Source of the DNA: Amphiscolops sp. MND2022
Lineage: Eukaryota
Direction of reading: 5' to 3'
DNA: 64,000 nucleotides
Assembly (NCBI GenBank): GCA_964187785.1
Contig: OZ076409.1
Span: 52,330,001 to 52,394,000 of the forward strand
Made by a program: the position numbers and the translations under genes. Positions 52,284-64,000 of this stretch are shown piece by piece (positions within the stretch are counted from its first letter, which is position 1; every line of letters begins with the position of its first letter). The notes under the pieces are model-generated. The model searched no databases, was not told the DNA's origin, and worked only from the letters and a program-made list of their open reading frames with translations.

Positions 52284-52543
52284 AATGAGCATGCCGAAAT
52301 TCGGAAAAAAACGCTCCAAAGTAGCCCAGCAGGCTATATCCGATTTTTGGAGTGTTTTCCGAGCACGAAAGGCAACCCTTGGGTGTTTTGACACTTTTAT
52401 GAGTTCTGAGCGTTTTTTTTGAAATTTTACGCTTTTTGAGCTTTTGGTGGTGCGCCGACTTGAGACGTTGCCGTCTTGTTAGGATTTTTTTCAGCATTTA
52501 ATAATTTGGGAGTTTTTTCCGAACGTTTCTCCTGAGCACCTAA

Positions 52544-52830
52544 AACAAGACGCCCGCTAAGCACCAAGATGTTTTCCGCGACACTCCTTTTGCAAAAAAA
52601 GTATGGCGAAGGAGAGGATATAACCCACGACCTACTGGCTGGGAAACACGAAAAAATTTCAAGCATCAGCAGCCCGGGTTCGAACCCACGACCTACTGGC
52701 TGAGAAAGCAATAAGTGAAGTGCGCTTCACTCGATGGAGTGGAGATAAAGTGGAGTTTTGGCAGAATTTGTGAAAAAAAAACGCGTCACAGATCATGATT
52801 TTCCTCCCCCATTTACGTGGGTGGAAAATA
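52544..52830 (-). mobile_element. HINE-like family B copy with a tRNA-like segment
   Basis: aacaagacgcccgctaagcacc (reverse 3' end) and tttcctccccc...gtggaaaata (reverse 5' hairpin). The minus strand reads ggtcgtgggttcgaacccgg. Confidence 0.72.
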
Positions 52831-53815
52831 ATAATTTTCGCGTTTCGAACCTTAAGCGGTCCACCGACTTAGGATGTTCTCATCTCATTGCAACCATTTT
52901 CGACCGAAGTCTTCTTCATCTTCGAAACTTAGTGTTAGATGGACGATTCAATTCTCGTTCACGTGAATTATTGGTCAGAGAGCGTAGTTTAGAAAAAGGA
53001 AGGTTAAAACGGAGTTCGAACCCCGGTGAGTAAGGACTTTTTCATTTTTCAAAATGAAACGTCCGAACAGTCTTTTTTACGTGGAAAAATTTAAATGGAA
53101 AGTGTCTATATCAAATCAAGCGCATTTTATGTGACGTTTCTGAAGAAAAAAGAGCACCACTTTTAAACAAAGCAATTTGACTGCTCTCATTGAAGACTTT
53201 TTATAGAGGTTTACTTCATGGATCGAAAAGGTTTCCAAAAGGAGTATCACACTGAGTGTTTTCGATTTGAAGCACATGACACTTTTTAAGCCTTGCTTGG
53301 GCGTCTTTTTGAGACCTTCTAGTCTTTTTTCATAGTTTTTTATTTTTTTTCATAATTTGATTCGACCAACTATGATAGCTCTTTCTGAATCACTATATGT
53401 AACCTATACGTTTCGAATATATAGTATATAATTCGAATACGACAAATTCGTGTTTTAACGCTTTTATGGTTTTCTTTTTTTCTGATTTATCAAATATTGG
53501 TCAGAAACATTAGTGACTCTGGCAAAATCGGTTAAGTCAATAAACAAGTCGTTCCGAAAAAAATGTAAAAACTTGTAGATCTTGTGATACATTTTGAATA
53601 TAAGGTGCTTGGAAAAAATATGCGGGACAATTCATCTGGTTTGTTACCAAAAAAAGTCTAACTTTTATATAGATTTTTGAGAATTTCTAGAAAAACCAGA
53701 TATTTTTGACTAGTTGTCTTCCATATCATGATATAGCTTCGACGTAGAGTCGATTATTCCAGCGCAATTTTCATTCAAACGGTGATAATAATTCTTCGTT
53801 TCTTTTTCGTTTCAG

Positions 53816-54538
53816 ACAACATAAGTTTATCCAGGTGTTTATCAGACTCTCCTCTGGTCCAATCATCTTTCATCTGGGACAAAACTCCCTCTCCTGGCTC
53901 GTCAAATAATTGCGCAACCAAAAAAACACCATTCTACGTGAACGAAATAACCCGAGACGAAAACAAAGTTATCGCTGAAGTTTTCGTTCCATCACACCTT
54001 CAGTATTTGACGAATATTGACTGCGTCATAAACACTTTCAACCAATCAAAAAGTGCAAACAAATGTCACAATGAAACCCAGAACCTGTATTTCTTGTACC
54101 ACAGTTCAACTCAAGAATTCGTTGTATTGGAATGGGATATCGAAAGTGACCAGAGCACAGAAAATCTGCAAATTGCACTTATTTGTGGAGCGAAATCCAG
54201 AAAAACTTCGACATTTTTGATGGAAACAAGACCTGTTTTGATTGGGCTCAATGGTTTTCCTGACGAACGAAGTTTTACCTGTCTCCACCTGATAGATTCC
54301 CATAAAATACTTCTAAAAAGTTCTGTTTTACAGCAAAGAAAGTCATTCAGTTTATGTGAGAACAGATTTCAAGAAACAGACGTTTCGATCGGTCAACAAA
54401 ATCACTGCCAGTTCTCTTTTTCGTCACTAGATGGAGATTTATTTGCTCAATTTGTTATCACTGAAGTCGCCCTTATTGAACATTCGCCTGGATCTTTTGT
54501 TGAAGTTTATGCTTCCACTCGACTGCAACATAAAATAG
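53816..54538 (+). CDS. Exon 5 of the LTD-like repeat gene
   Basis: Acceptor ttctttttcgtttcag, phase 1. Encodes (D)NISLSRC...TPSPGSSNNC...FYVNEI...SFSLC...NHC...FVITEV...FVEVY. Donor AG|GTTATA, phase 1. Confidence 0.85.
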
Positions 54539-55148
54539 GTTATATATATTTCGGAAAATTATAGTTGAAATTCCAGCAAAGACTTTTCTGAAGGCATTGA
54601 TTTTCGAAATGATTGCAACAGAATCATTGAAATGACAGAAAAACCATCAAACGGAGACAGGAACAGGAATTATGAAAATTACCGAAGTTGCAATCAATTC
54701 GATCATAAGTACTTTCGGGGACAACAGTTTTTGGATCACTGTTTGAGAAAAAAATGTTTATCGAATTTTCAGGTTACCCGTGTTGACGTCCCATAAATTC
54801 CCATGTATGATCATGTTAATTCTTGTGGGAAAATATCAAAAAACATCAGAAAAGTTGTCTCTAAAACCAGCTTCTTTATGTTATTAGCACTGCCCGTGTT
54901 GGTTCATGCATGGTCATGTTGCATGCATGCTTGCCATGCACATGATCATGCATGGTCCAAGGCTTGTAAGCACATGGCTTGTCAACACGGATGTGTTGTG
55001 TGCTATTAGTATGAAAAGCTTGATTTAAAGACAACTCATTCAATGTTCATTTCCAATAGGAAAGTTTCAGAGAAAATATTGAATGAGTTGTCTTTAAATC
55101 AAGCGTTTCATACTAATGGCACACATCTGTGTTGACATGTCATGTGCT

Positions 55149-58100
55149 TGTTATACGGTTCATCCAATAAAACATGGCGCAGTCAGTCAATTTTTAAATT
55201 GAACAAAACCTTTTATGGCTGAGAAGAATATAGTACCGAACCTAGAAGCTAAGGCTTCGGACTGAAACGCGGTGTTTACACCGAGACAGTGGTTGGAACG
55301 ATTCCGGCAGTTCACGAAACAGGAACATAAAGAAGACATCACACCACTAACAAAAGGGGAAGATGTGACAGATTCCGGATGGTTCGGAAGAGAAAAACTC
55401 ATCCAAGAAGATTTCATTTGGGGAGAAGGACCGGAAGCCCTATATCAAATAACCTGGGCCGAATACAAAACGGAACCGGACAGTATCAAAATCAAAGAGT
55501 TATTCCGGTTATTCACCGAGTACTACTTACCAAAACTCAACACTTACCACAATGGAGGAGACTTCTTTTGGGCCAAACAAACGGAAGAAGAATCACCCGA
55601 AGAGTTCTGGAGAAGATTAACGGAAATCGAAACGGAATGCAACTTCAACACAATTTCGGCCGAAGTATTACTGATATCCAAATGTATGACGGCAATCACA
55701 GACAAAACGCTGCGAGACAAATTGATGAAGGAAAATATTAGAATTGAAGAAGACGATCGAATTTATCAAACAGAACACCTATGAGAAAAAGAACAAGAAA
55801 AACACTACCCGAAGCACTAATTTCAACAAAAGAAAAACATGCGATTAAAGAAGAATCGATACAAAAAATGGAAAGATTCGGAACACGATCAAAAACTAGA
55901 CCAACGGGAAATAGACCATGCAGCTTTTGCGGAATACCGAATTGGACACCACTACACAATTGCCAAGCAATACAGACAAATTGCAACAAATGAGGGACAA
56001 GAGGACATTACGCGAAAGTCTGCCGACAAAATTACACAAATAACCGAACAGTGAAAAGACTTACCGAAGAAGAACTTGATGAACGGAGTGAAACGTCAAG
56101 TGAATCAAACAAAAGTATTCATCACATAAAAGAAATAAAGAAAATCGGAGAGAAAAATAAACATTACACGGCAACAGTAAAGATAAACGGAAGGAAGAAA
56201 GAATTCATAATGGACACCGGATCACCGATAACAATACTGCTACTGGACGAAGAAATTTTAAAGTCACCCGGAATACAGAAAATCACAAACAGATACCAGG
56301 ATGTGAACAAAATTGAAGTACAATTCCGGTATATCTAGAATACGAAAATAACAAACAGAAAATGGAATTTCTGATAACCAAAAGAACAGACGTAACACCT
56401 CTACTCCGAATGCACTGGATGAAGAAATTCCGACTAACAATCGGTAGAATACAATTGACCGAAAACAACCAATCAGAACGCGAGAAAGTATTCAACAAGT
56501 TTCCGGACTTATTCGAAAATAATGAAACAAGAAAAAATACCGAGATCAAAATCCAAATGAAACCGGGATATTACCCAATAAAACAAAAAGCCAGACCGGT
56601 ACCCCTACACTTACAAGAAAATGTGGAACGCGAGCTGGAGAAACTGATAAAATCCGGATAGTAGAAAAGATAAACGACGTGGATGCAAATTGTTTGTTAT
56701 CACCGGTGGTAATAACTGTAAAGAGTGATAAATCGGTAAAGATAGCACCGGACTCACGAAAATTAAACGATAGCTGTATCCAAATGAGACCACACATGCC
56801 GAATATGGTGGAATTACCGAACCAAATTTCGGTACAAATTACGCGCGACCGAACAGTACAACTATTCATATAAAAAAAAATTGGATTACGCATACGGTCA
56901 GATAAAACTATCCGAAGAAACAAGCCGACAATGCGTGTTCGAAATAACCAGTGGAAAATATAGCGGACACTACCGATTCAAAATGGGATTTTATGATCTT
57001 GCCGACATACCCACAATATTCCAAGATAAAAATGACCGGCCACTTGATTACAGCACACCGGCATAGTTAGATAACATATTCGTCGTAACTCGTGGGAGTA
57101 AACAAGGTTACGAAAAGAAATTATTCGACATTTTGAACAAACTGGAGAAAGCAGGATACCGAGCAAGTAAAAGAAAATCCGAGTTCTTCATGAGCCAAAC
57201 AAAATGAGTGGGACACGAAATTGACGAAAACAGAATCAAACTGAACGAAGAAAAAGTGGAAGCGTTATTAAAATTTAAACCACCAGAAACTACAAAAAAC
57301 TGAAGTCATTACGGTGAAATCATCACGGGCGATACAATACATGGCAAAACTTCTACCGAATTTTTCGGAACGCACGGACCAACTGAGAAAATTGTTGAAG
57401 AAAAACGAACCATAGATATGGGAAGAACAAGAGCAAAAAGATTTCGAAAAAAAGTTAAACAGATGTTAACCGAAGGTCCATGTCTAGCACACAATGCGAA
57501 AGACAAAGAAAACATAGTAACAACCGACGCTAGCAGAACCGGATTCGGAATAACACTATGGCAGGAACAAGATGACGGAATCACAAAACCGATAGCATTC
57601 GAATGCAGATATCTAAACGAAACGGAAAAAAAAACTCGATCGGTGAATTAGAATTACTTGCAGTTGTATGGGGACTGGAAAAAATCCGATTCCATCTATA
57701 CGGAAAGAAAGTACATCTATACGCAGATCACGAATCATTGGAGCCATTAATTAAACAAAGCCAGTGTGATAAACAATACAGTGCGAGATTAACACGGTGG
57801 TTAGACCGATTAACACATTTTGAATTATCATTTAAGCATATCGCCGGCAACAACATGAAATTCACAGATTATCTCAGTAGAAATCCTGTAAGGGGAGCTA
57901 CGCCGGACGAAAATTACGATAAAGAATACGTAATTAATACACCGACCGAACAGGGCGAATTGAATTCGAAATACGGATCACGATTCGCCAATCAATCAAA
58001 AAACACCTAAAACAAAACGAAATTACATCACAACAAGACCGAGATACAAAATGAGCAAAAAAAGAACCAATCACAAAAGAATACAATTCGAGAACGTGCA

Positions 58101-60786
58101 AAACGTGAACAAAACCGAACAGAGTGAAACAAGTACCTTCGCGCAGTCCAATATTAGCACTCCAGATTCTAGTCGCAATTCAACAACTGAGAAAATGGCT
58201 CAAGATAACTTTTATCACTGGGGAGCAACCCGTGAAATCATGGAAATTTTTAGACGCTGAAACAATAGTCCGGAGACTAGAAGGTTGGTGGAGCAACGAA
58301 ATGCAATATCCAGACCGGGAACACTCAGACGCCAATATGACCACTAAAGCCAGAAGACAATCGTCGCGCCATCCCGACCGAACAAAAGAAGCCGGGAAGA
58401 AATAGCCGAAATCTATGCGGAACTTATGAGAAGAGCGAACAGGCTAGAGGCGGATATCAGCCAATTGATGAAGAACTCTGAAAGAATACGGAAGGAGGAG
58501 AAATTGCCCACGGACCGGTAGATACGGAAGAAGACAGCATAATACTGCGTGGAGACAATTGGCCGATAGTTGACTTGAGCAAGTACAACACAGATGGAAA
58601 AGAGGCAAAAAACATCCAAATTAACCATTTTGTGGGAAACCTGACGACAAACAAAGAGACTACCGAAGAAAATGTAAAGAAGGCACAATTCGAATTCATG
58701 CTAAACTTGAAGACGCTAATCTCGAAAACGGCGATAGATCCGGAACTAACACGCGTCAGAATCAGCATGTGGCGAGAAGATTGAGAAACCGCACAAGAAA
58801 GATACAAGCAAGTATTCGAAAAACTATCTATTCGATGGGGCCTTGACAAGTACTAGACATCTTACATTTTGGCCATTCCAGAATAACAAAGATGGGGCCC
58901 TGACAGGTACTAGACCTCCTACATTTTGGCCATTCCGGAATAACAAAGATGGAAACATAAGCCAAGATATTCTGGTGGCCGGAAAAGAAAAATGATATCG
59001 AAACCAAAGTCGAAGACTGCACAGCATGCCTCGCATCAGGTAAAAGTTAAAAATATCATTTACATAAAAAAAACTACGGAGGAAACCTAGAAAAACTAAC
59101 CTAGCCCGGAAAGAAATACAAATCAATTTTACGGGGAAACAACATAATAGAAACATCCGTGGAGAAGTATGAATAGTAAAAGCTGTGGACAGATTCAATA
59201 AATGGCCAACCGTAAGAATTTGTCAAACCTCGGAAACAAAAGAAGTGATACAATTTCTATCAAGTATTTAATCTATACAAAAAACCGGAAAAAATCTGAT
59301 CTGATAAAGGGGGCGCCTTTATCTCAAAAGAATATTGGGCGTTTTGCAAAAAGCGGAATATAAAAATTGAATATAGCACACCCCGAACACATACGGGAAA
59401 TGGAACGGTAAACGGTAAAAAGAGCGATACGAACACTAAAAAACTTGGTAATAGCAAATCTGGAAGACGGGATTATACTCACCGAAAGCTTAATCCGAGC
59501 AATACGAGTAATGCGATTCAACGTACACACGGGACCAAAGAAAACACCATTTGAATTACACCACGGAAGAGGTCAAGAACCGAAATACCAAATATTGTTA
59601 AAGACGGTAAAACGTATTTATCTGAAGTGTCAGAACGTTCTGTATCAGCACCAGTAAGGCCAAAGATACCTATCTATCTTGGCCGGGATGCGGACGGCGA
59701 AATTACGAATCGCATCGTAATGGCACGAAGAAAATCCGAAGACAAAAACACCAATCGGAATGTCCGATATCACCGAAAAAAATTCGGTTAGCTACCCTTT
59801 CAAATTTGTAGAGAAAAACCATAACAAATAATCACTAGAAGGAAATTTTCAGAACGAAATACAAACAGCGATAGGCGGAACCGAATGTACTGTTAAAACC
59901 AATATCGGAAAATAATTAGCCGAAAATTTATTTTTTTCCACTTTTTTCAGACCGAGAAGAAAACAAGGCGGGATTAATTACCGCTAACAAGTAACGAAAT
60001 TCAACCGAAGAACAGACACTGTTTACGGGGTCTAGACGGAAAATCTGGCCGTTGGGATGAGATCCTTCGGGAGATATTAAACGGCAAACTAAAGATAGTA
60101 CAAACCCGAAAAAAGACAAACACGGATACGGGAGAAGAAGGCGATGATGACGACGACGAAGAAATGCCGGAGGAAATCGGAAGACAATCTTATGATACCT
60201 CTGAACGCAACGGCAGATACGCCCCGATCCAAACAATTCCCGAGGATGATGCAATACAATTTCATTCCGACGGAGAAATGTCGGGTGGGAATACTGAATC
60301 TATAATTCGGCGTTCAAACCGAAATGTACATAAATCGAGTAGATACTGTAGCGTACAATACACAATAAACTTCTGGGGCTAAAAGAAATAATAAATAAAT
60401 AAACAAGTATGTTGTTACAGGTACGATGTGGTATAGACATAAAGTAACTCCCCAACGGGAGATCATCCAGAAGCCGGCAAGTTTCATTCCAAGTGGCCCG
60501 GAAACGACACCACAAAAGATACCCTCCACATCAGCAGCGAAAACCCTCTTCGATTAACCCCAAAAAGAGACGGGGGAGGAAATGTTATACGGTTCATCCG
60601 ATAGATTGACTTTTACCGTAATTAGGTTCATGTTCTCAGACTAAAGCTACAAGTTGTTAGTAAACAAACTCTGAATACAATTTATATTACGTAAATTGAT
60701 ATAGTGATTTGATACGATACAGTACAATTGCTAAAATACAAACTTACATTTCATACTCTTTTTTCCCCAAGCCTTAGAATACAACA
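55149..60786 (+). mobile_element. Decayed Ty3/Gypsy (Mag-like) element with the 5' LTR internally deleted
   Basis: 5' LTR remnant 55149-55174, PBS TGGCGCAGTC at 55175, PPT aaaaagagacgggggaggaaa, 3' LTR 60583-60786, TSD GTGCT/GTTCT. Remnants of gag (FFWAKQ, CSFCG...HNC), protease (MDTGSP), RT (LDYAYGQI), RNase H (TTDASR, ELELLAVVWG) and integrase. Confidence 0.95.
58834..58947 (+). repeat. 57-bp tandem duplication in the integrase N-terminal region
   Basis: gatggggcc(t/c)tgaca(a/g)gtactagac...aataacaaa x2. Confidence 0.85.
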
Positions 60787-61141
60787 GTTCTTACATGCCT
60801 GGGACCATGCATGATCATGTGCATGGAAAACATGCACTCAAAATGACCATACATTAACCAACACGGGCAGTGCTAATAACAAAGAAGCTGGTTTTAGAGA
60901 CAAATTGTCTAATATTTTTTCCGAAGTTTTCCCAGAAGGATTAACATGATCTTACATGGGAATTTATGGGACGTCGACACGGGTAACCTGAAAAGTCGCT
61001 AAACATTTTTCTCAAACAGAGAAACAAAAAATGGTTGTCCCCGAAAATACTTATTATCGAATTAACTGCAACTTCGATAAATTTCAAAATTCCAGACTCC
61101 ATCTGATGGTTTTTCTGTCTTTTCAATAATTGATGCTCTAG

Positions 61142-61291
61142 GTGATGATCTTATTATGATTTTTGCACTAGGTATTGAAATCGTGTTCTATTCAAACGAA
61201 ACCCTACCACACAAAGAAACGAGGAAAGAGACAGTTTTCACAGATATTGCTGCAAGTGGATTCTTTGTGATACCTTTCGAATTAAAAAGCG
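61142..61291 (+). CDS. Exon 6 of the LTD-like repeat gene
   Basis: Acceptor ctag and donor G|GTAAGG; 150 nt, phase 1-1, open frame (G)DDLIMIFALGIEIVFY...DIAASGFFVIPFELKS. Confidence 0.72.
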
Positions 61292-62099
61292 GTAAGGAAA
61301 ATTAATCATATTTGACATTGGCTATTTTTCAAAATGCGGAGTTTTGAGATTGTGTTTGTAAAATACTTTCCCCGGTGGATTGTCCTTTTATAATATCTCA
61401 CGAACATTTTTGAAATATCTTTTTGATGAAGTATGACTCAAACATAATACGGGTGAGTGTCACAGGCAATGAACGTTCTAAGCTGCCATATCAAAAATAA
61501 TTCCATGTTAAGCAAAGATACCGAGAAAGTAAAGACAACTTATATTGCAGGCAAAAACTTTCAAAGCACAATAAATTTTCGGATATGAATTTGTGAAAAA
61601 ATCTCAAAAGCAAAATATTTCACATTTAGATCAAAATTGATAGATCAAAATGATCCTTTTCCTTTTTGAAGCCTACTGAAAATTACAAAGGTCTTTCAGT
61701 GTTCCCGGACTTTATTACCAAATAAAGGATATTACCAAATGTAAGAGCAAAACTATCATCACTTAGTTTGGGTCTTGACAAGTTGGTATCGGCATAATTA
61801 TGCCCGTGCCCAGCTTAAGTATCAACTGAATAATGCTCTGGTGTGGTTTTGATGGAAATTCAGAAAGATCTGTGCCAAAAAGAACCCTTTGGACTCTATC
61901 AACTTTTTTCCTAACTGAAAACAACAAATGCCAAAAAGAAACCCTTTGGTGAGACAACCTTCGAGGCAAAAGTCACACAGTGCCAGAATTATCTTAGAGG
62001 GGGGCTTTGGTCACCTTTGGATACAGGTTTATAGATCAAGAAAAGACCTTTCGAAAAGCCACTACATTATTCTGGCTAAGAGCCAAAAAACGCTGTCTA

Positions 62100-62907
62100 C
62101 CCCGGTTGAAAAAAAATGCCTTCCTTGGAAGGATCTTGCAAGATTTTCTTTCAAGGTCTTGCAAGATAATGCATTTTTCTGCAAGACATCTTGCAAGAAT
62201 CTTGCAAGGAAAAAATTTCCTTGCAAGATTCTTCCAAGGAGAAAAATTTCGTGGAATGTTCTCGACAATTTTTTTTATTTTTTATATTCATTGTTTGACT
62301 TCAAGTTGACTACTGCATCGTGACCATTAGATTCTGCCACAGAACGGGGTTTATTTACTAGAGGATTCAACAACCAAAAAGATGCAAACTCTAGAAAATA
62401 TCTCTAAAAGTGTGATCTTAGTGAAGTTATTTAAAAAGTAGTTGTACATTTCAGTGACGCAACATTTAAAATACAGTTTCAGAGTATTCTGAAAATTTTT
62501 TCTATCCAATTGTGTTTTGTACCAGTTAATGATTTGAAATTAGACTGTGCATCATATTTCGATTGAAATTATTTTTCAATTTGTTAAATTACCCTTCTGA
62601 AATAATAGTTATTAACGTTTTTGACTTTATACTCAAATCACGACTACGTTAACATAATTTCTCAGTATGAAGTACATTGAACTCAAGAATCTTGCAAGGA
62701 AAGCATTTCCTTGCAAGATCTTTCAAGGAAAAAAATTTCTTGCAAGATCTTGCAAGGAAAAAATTACCTTGCAAGATCTTGCAAGGAAAAAATTTCCTTG
62801 CAAGATCTTGCAAGGAACAAATTTCCTTGCAAGATCTTACAAGTAATTGCATTTTTACAAGGATCTTGCAAGATCCTTGCAAGGAACGCATTTTTTCTCA
62901 ACCAGGG
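62100..62907. mobile_element. MITE with a TA target-site duplication and palindromic subterminal repeats
   Basis: TA|ccccggttgaaaaaaaatgc ... gcattttttctcaaccaggg|TA, with arrays of ttccttgcaagatcttgcaaggaa near both ends. Confidence 0.85.
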
Positions 62908-63481
62908 TAAAAACCTAACAACAAATCATTACTTTAGGAATCAGTGTACGCATCTTTTCACAGCCTCGACGTGAACTTTAGCGACACGAATGCGTGCAAT
63001 AATGGTTTTTCTTCCAAGAGACGAAGCTTTAAGTCACACAACCGTTTCTTTTTAAAATCCTTTATTTAAATGAAATGAACGATATTACTGTTACATTCGG
63101 GTTCATTCTGGTTCATGATCTTACCGAGATTCGGTTCTAAAACTACAAACTTTCATTTATATGTCTAGAGTACATGTTAGTGTTGACAAATACAGAATAC
63201 AACAATACTAAATTAGATACATCATTTATTATACTTTGGTATTTACAGTACAGACCTAGACAAAAGAGATTCTCTTTTATAAATCTCTCTCTTCTTAACC
63301 CTTGAGTTTGTTAGAATAGAACAATTTCATTGTTGTGAAAAAGATAAACATTACCCTTTACAAAGAAACAGCGGAAGACTATGAGAAACAACATTTCATT
63401 TAAACAATTTTTTTCAAATTATTTAAGCAAGGGTAACAAACCTAATTTTCAATATGGCTTTCCATTTTCCATTCATTTCAG

Positions 63482-63982
63482 AGATCAGAAACTTGCAAAA
63501 ACTCCAACTCCGATTCCTAACATCTGCAGGACTTGTTCTCAGATCACTAAATGTCTGTATTCTCAACACTTTCAACAAACTCATTGCGCAACCCGAATGT
63601 GACGTCATACTGAACACAACACAAACAGACAGTTTCGCAACTTTTGATCACCTGAAAGCTTTCCAGTTGTGCAATGAAAAATGGGAAGTACACCTAGGCT
63701 ATCACACACCTTGGCTACCCAATGATTGTAACCTAGCAACCATCAGTGCGCAGGTGAATGAAATCAACGTGGAGCAAAAGTCGTTCGACAATAACGATTT
63801 TATCGAGATCTTGATACAAAGTTCACGATCTTTAAGAGCACCAGTGGACATTTTGGAATTCATCGATGTCTCCCTGGTTGTGTTTTCGTGGATCACAGAT
63901 GATGTAGTTTCACACAAATTCTTCTTGAAAGGACTTAAGTTGAACGAAAACGGAATGGTGTCAATTCGATCGTTTGATGAAG
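63482..63982 (+). CDS. Exon 7 of the LTD-like repeat gene (the gene continues beyond the window)
   Basis: Acceptor ttccattcatttcag and donor AAG|GTAATT; 501 nt, phase 1-1, no stop. Motifs FQLC...HTPWLPNDC...QVNEINVEQKSFDNNDFIEILI...LVVF...LKG..LNENG. This frame is absent from the ORF track. Confidence 0.85.
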
Positions 63983-64000
63983 GTAATTTTTTCCATCATT

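Larger units (their letters stand above)
49300..52480 (+). mobile_element. HINE family A-related copy split by the solo LTR (parts ~49300-49780 and 52284-52480)
   Basis: Core motifs acgagactaaagggtcc and aaagggtccccttcaat lie on the left; the 3' end gcgccgacttgagacgttgccgtcttgtt is at 52480. Confidence 0.7.
54622..61131. mobile_element. Foldback / palindromic element (arms ~420 bp, 33-nt loop) interrupted by the Gypsy insertion
   Basis: 54622-55044 is a diverged reverse complement of 55078-55148 plus 60792-61131. Removing the Gypsy element and one TSD copy restores a continuous arm (gtcatgtgct|tacatgcc versus ggcttgtaagcacatggc). Confidence 0.85.

Noticed and set aside
62686..62885. CRISPR-like or coding repeats in several overlapping ORFs
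   Set aside because: These are subterminal repeats of a TA-flanked MITE; the ORFs on both strands are by-products of the palindromic units.

Overview
Eukaryotic, AT-rich, repeat-dense animal-type genomic DNA with one 200-N scaffold gap (7197-7396). No prokaryotic operon, CRISPR array or rRNA is seen. One host gene can be rebuilt on the + strand from 7 phase-compatible GT-AG exons (16114-17010, 26726-26883, 39429-39525, 46627-46843, 53816-54538, 61142-61291, 63482-63982). It encodes about 914 aa so far and continues past the window. The product has a signal peptide and tandem Cys-flanked modules resembling lamin-tail domains (LTD). Most other recognisable sequence is transposon-derived. There are four decayed Ty3/Gypsy (Mag-like) elements, one internally amplified into a tandem array, and a BEL/Pao remnant. 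Two unusually long solo LTRs (2.3-2.5 kb) have perfect TSDs and carry the start of a Gag-like ORF. At least two Helentron-type non-autonomous families (DINE-1/HINE architecture) carry tRNA-like fragments, and there are MITEs and a foldback element. The window also holds a recent 2,821-bp tandem duplication and several long perfect palindromes. All calls come from reading the sequence; no database searches were run.
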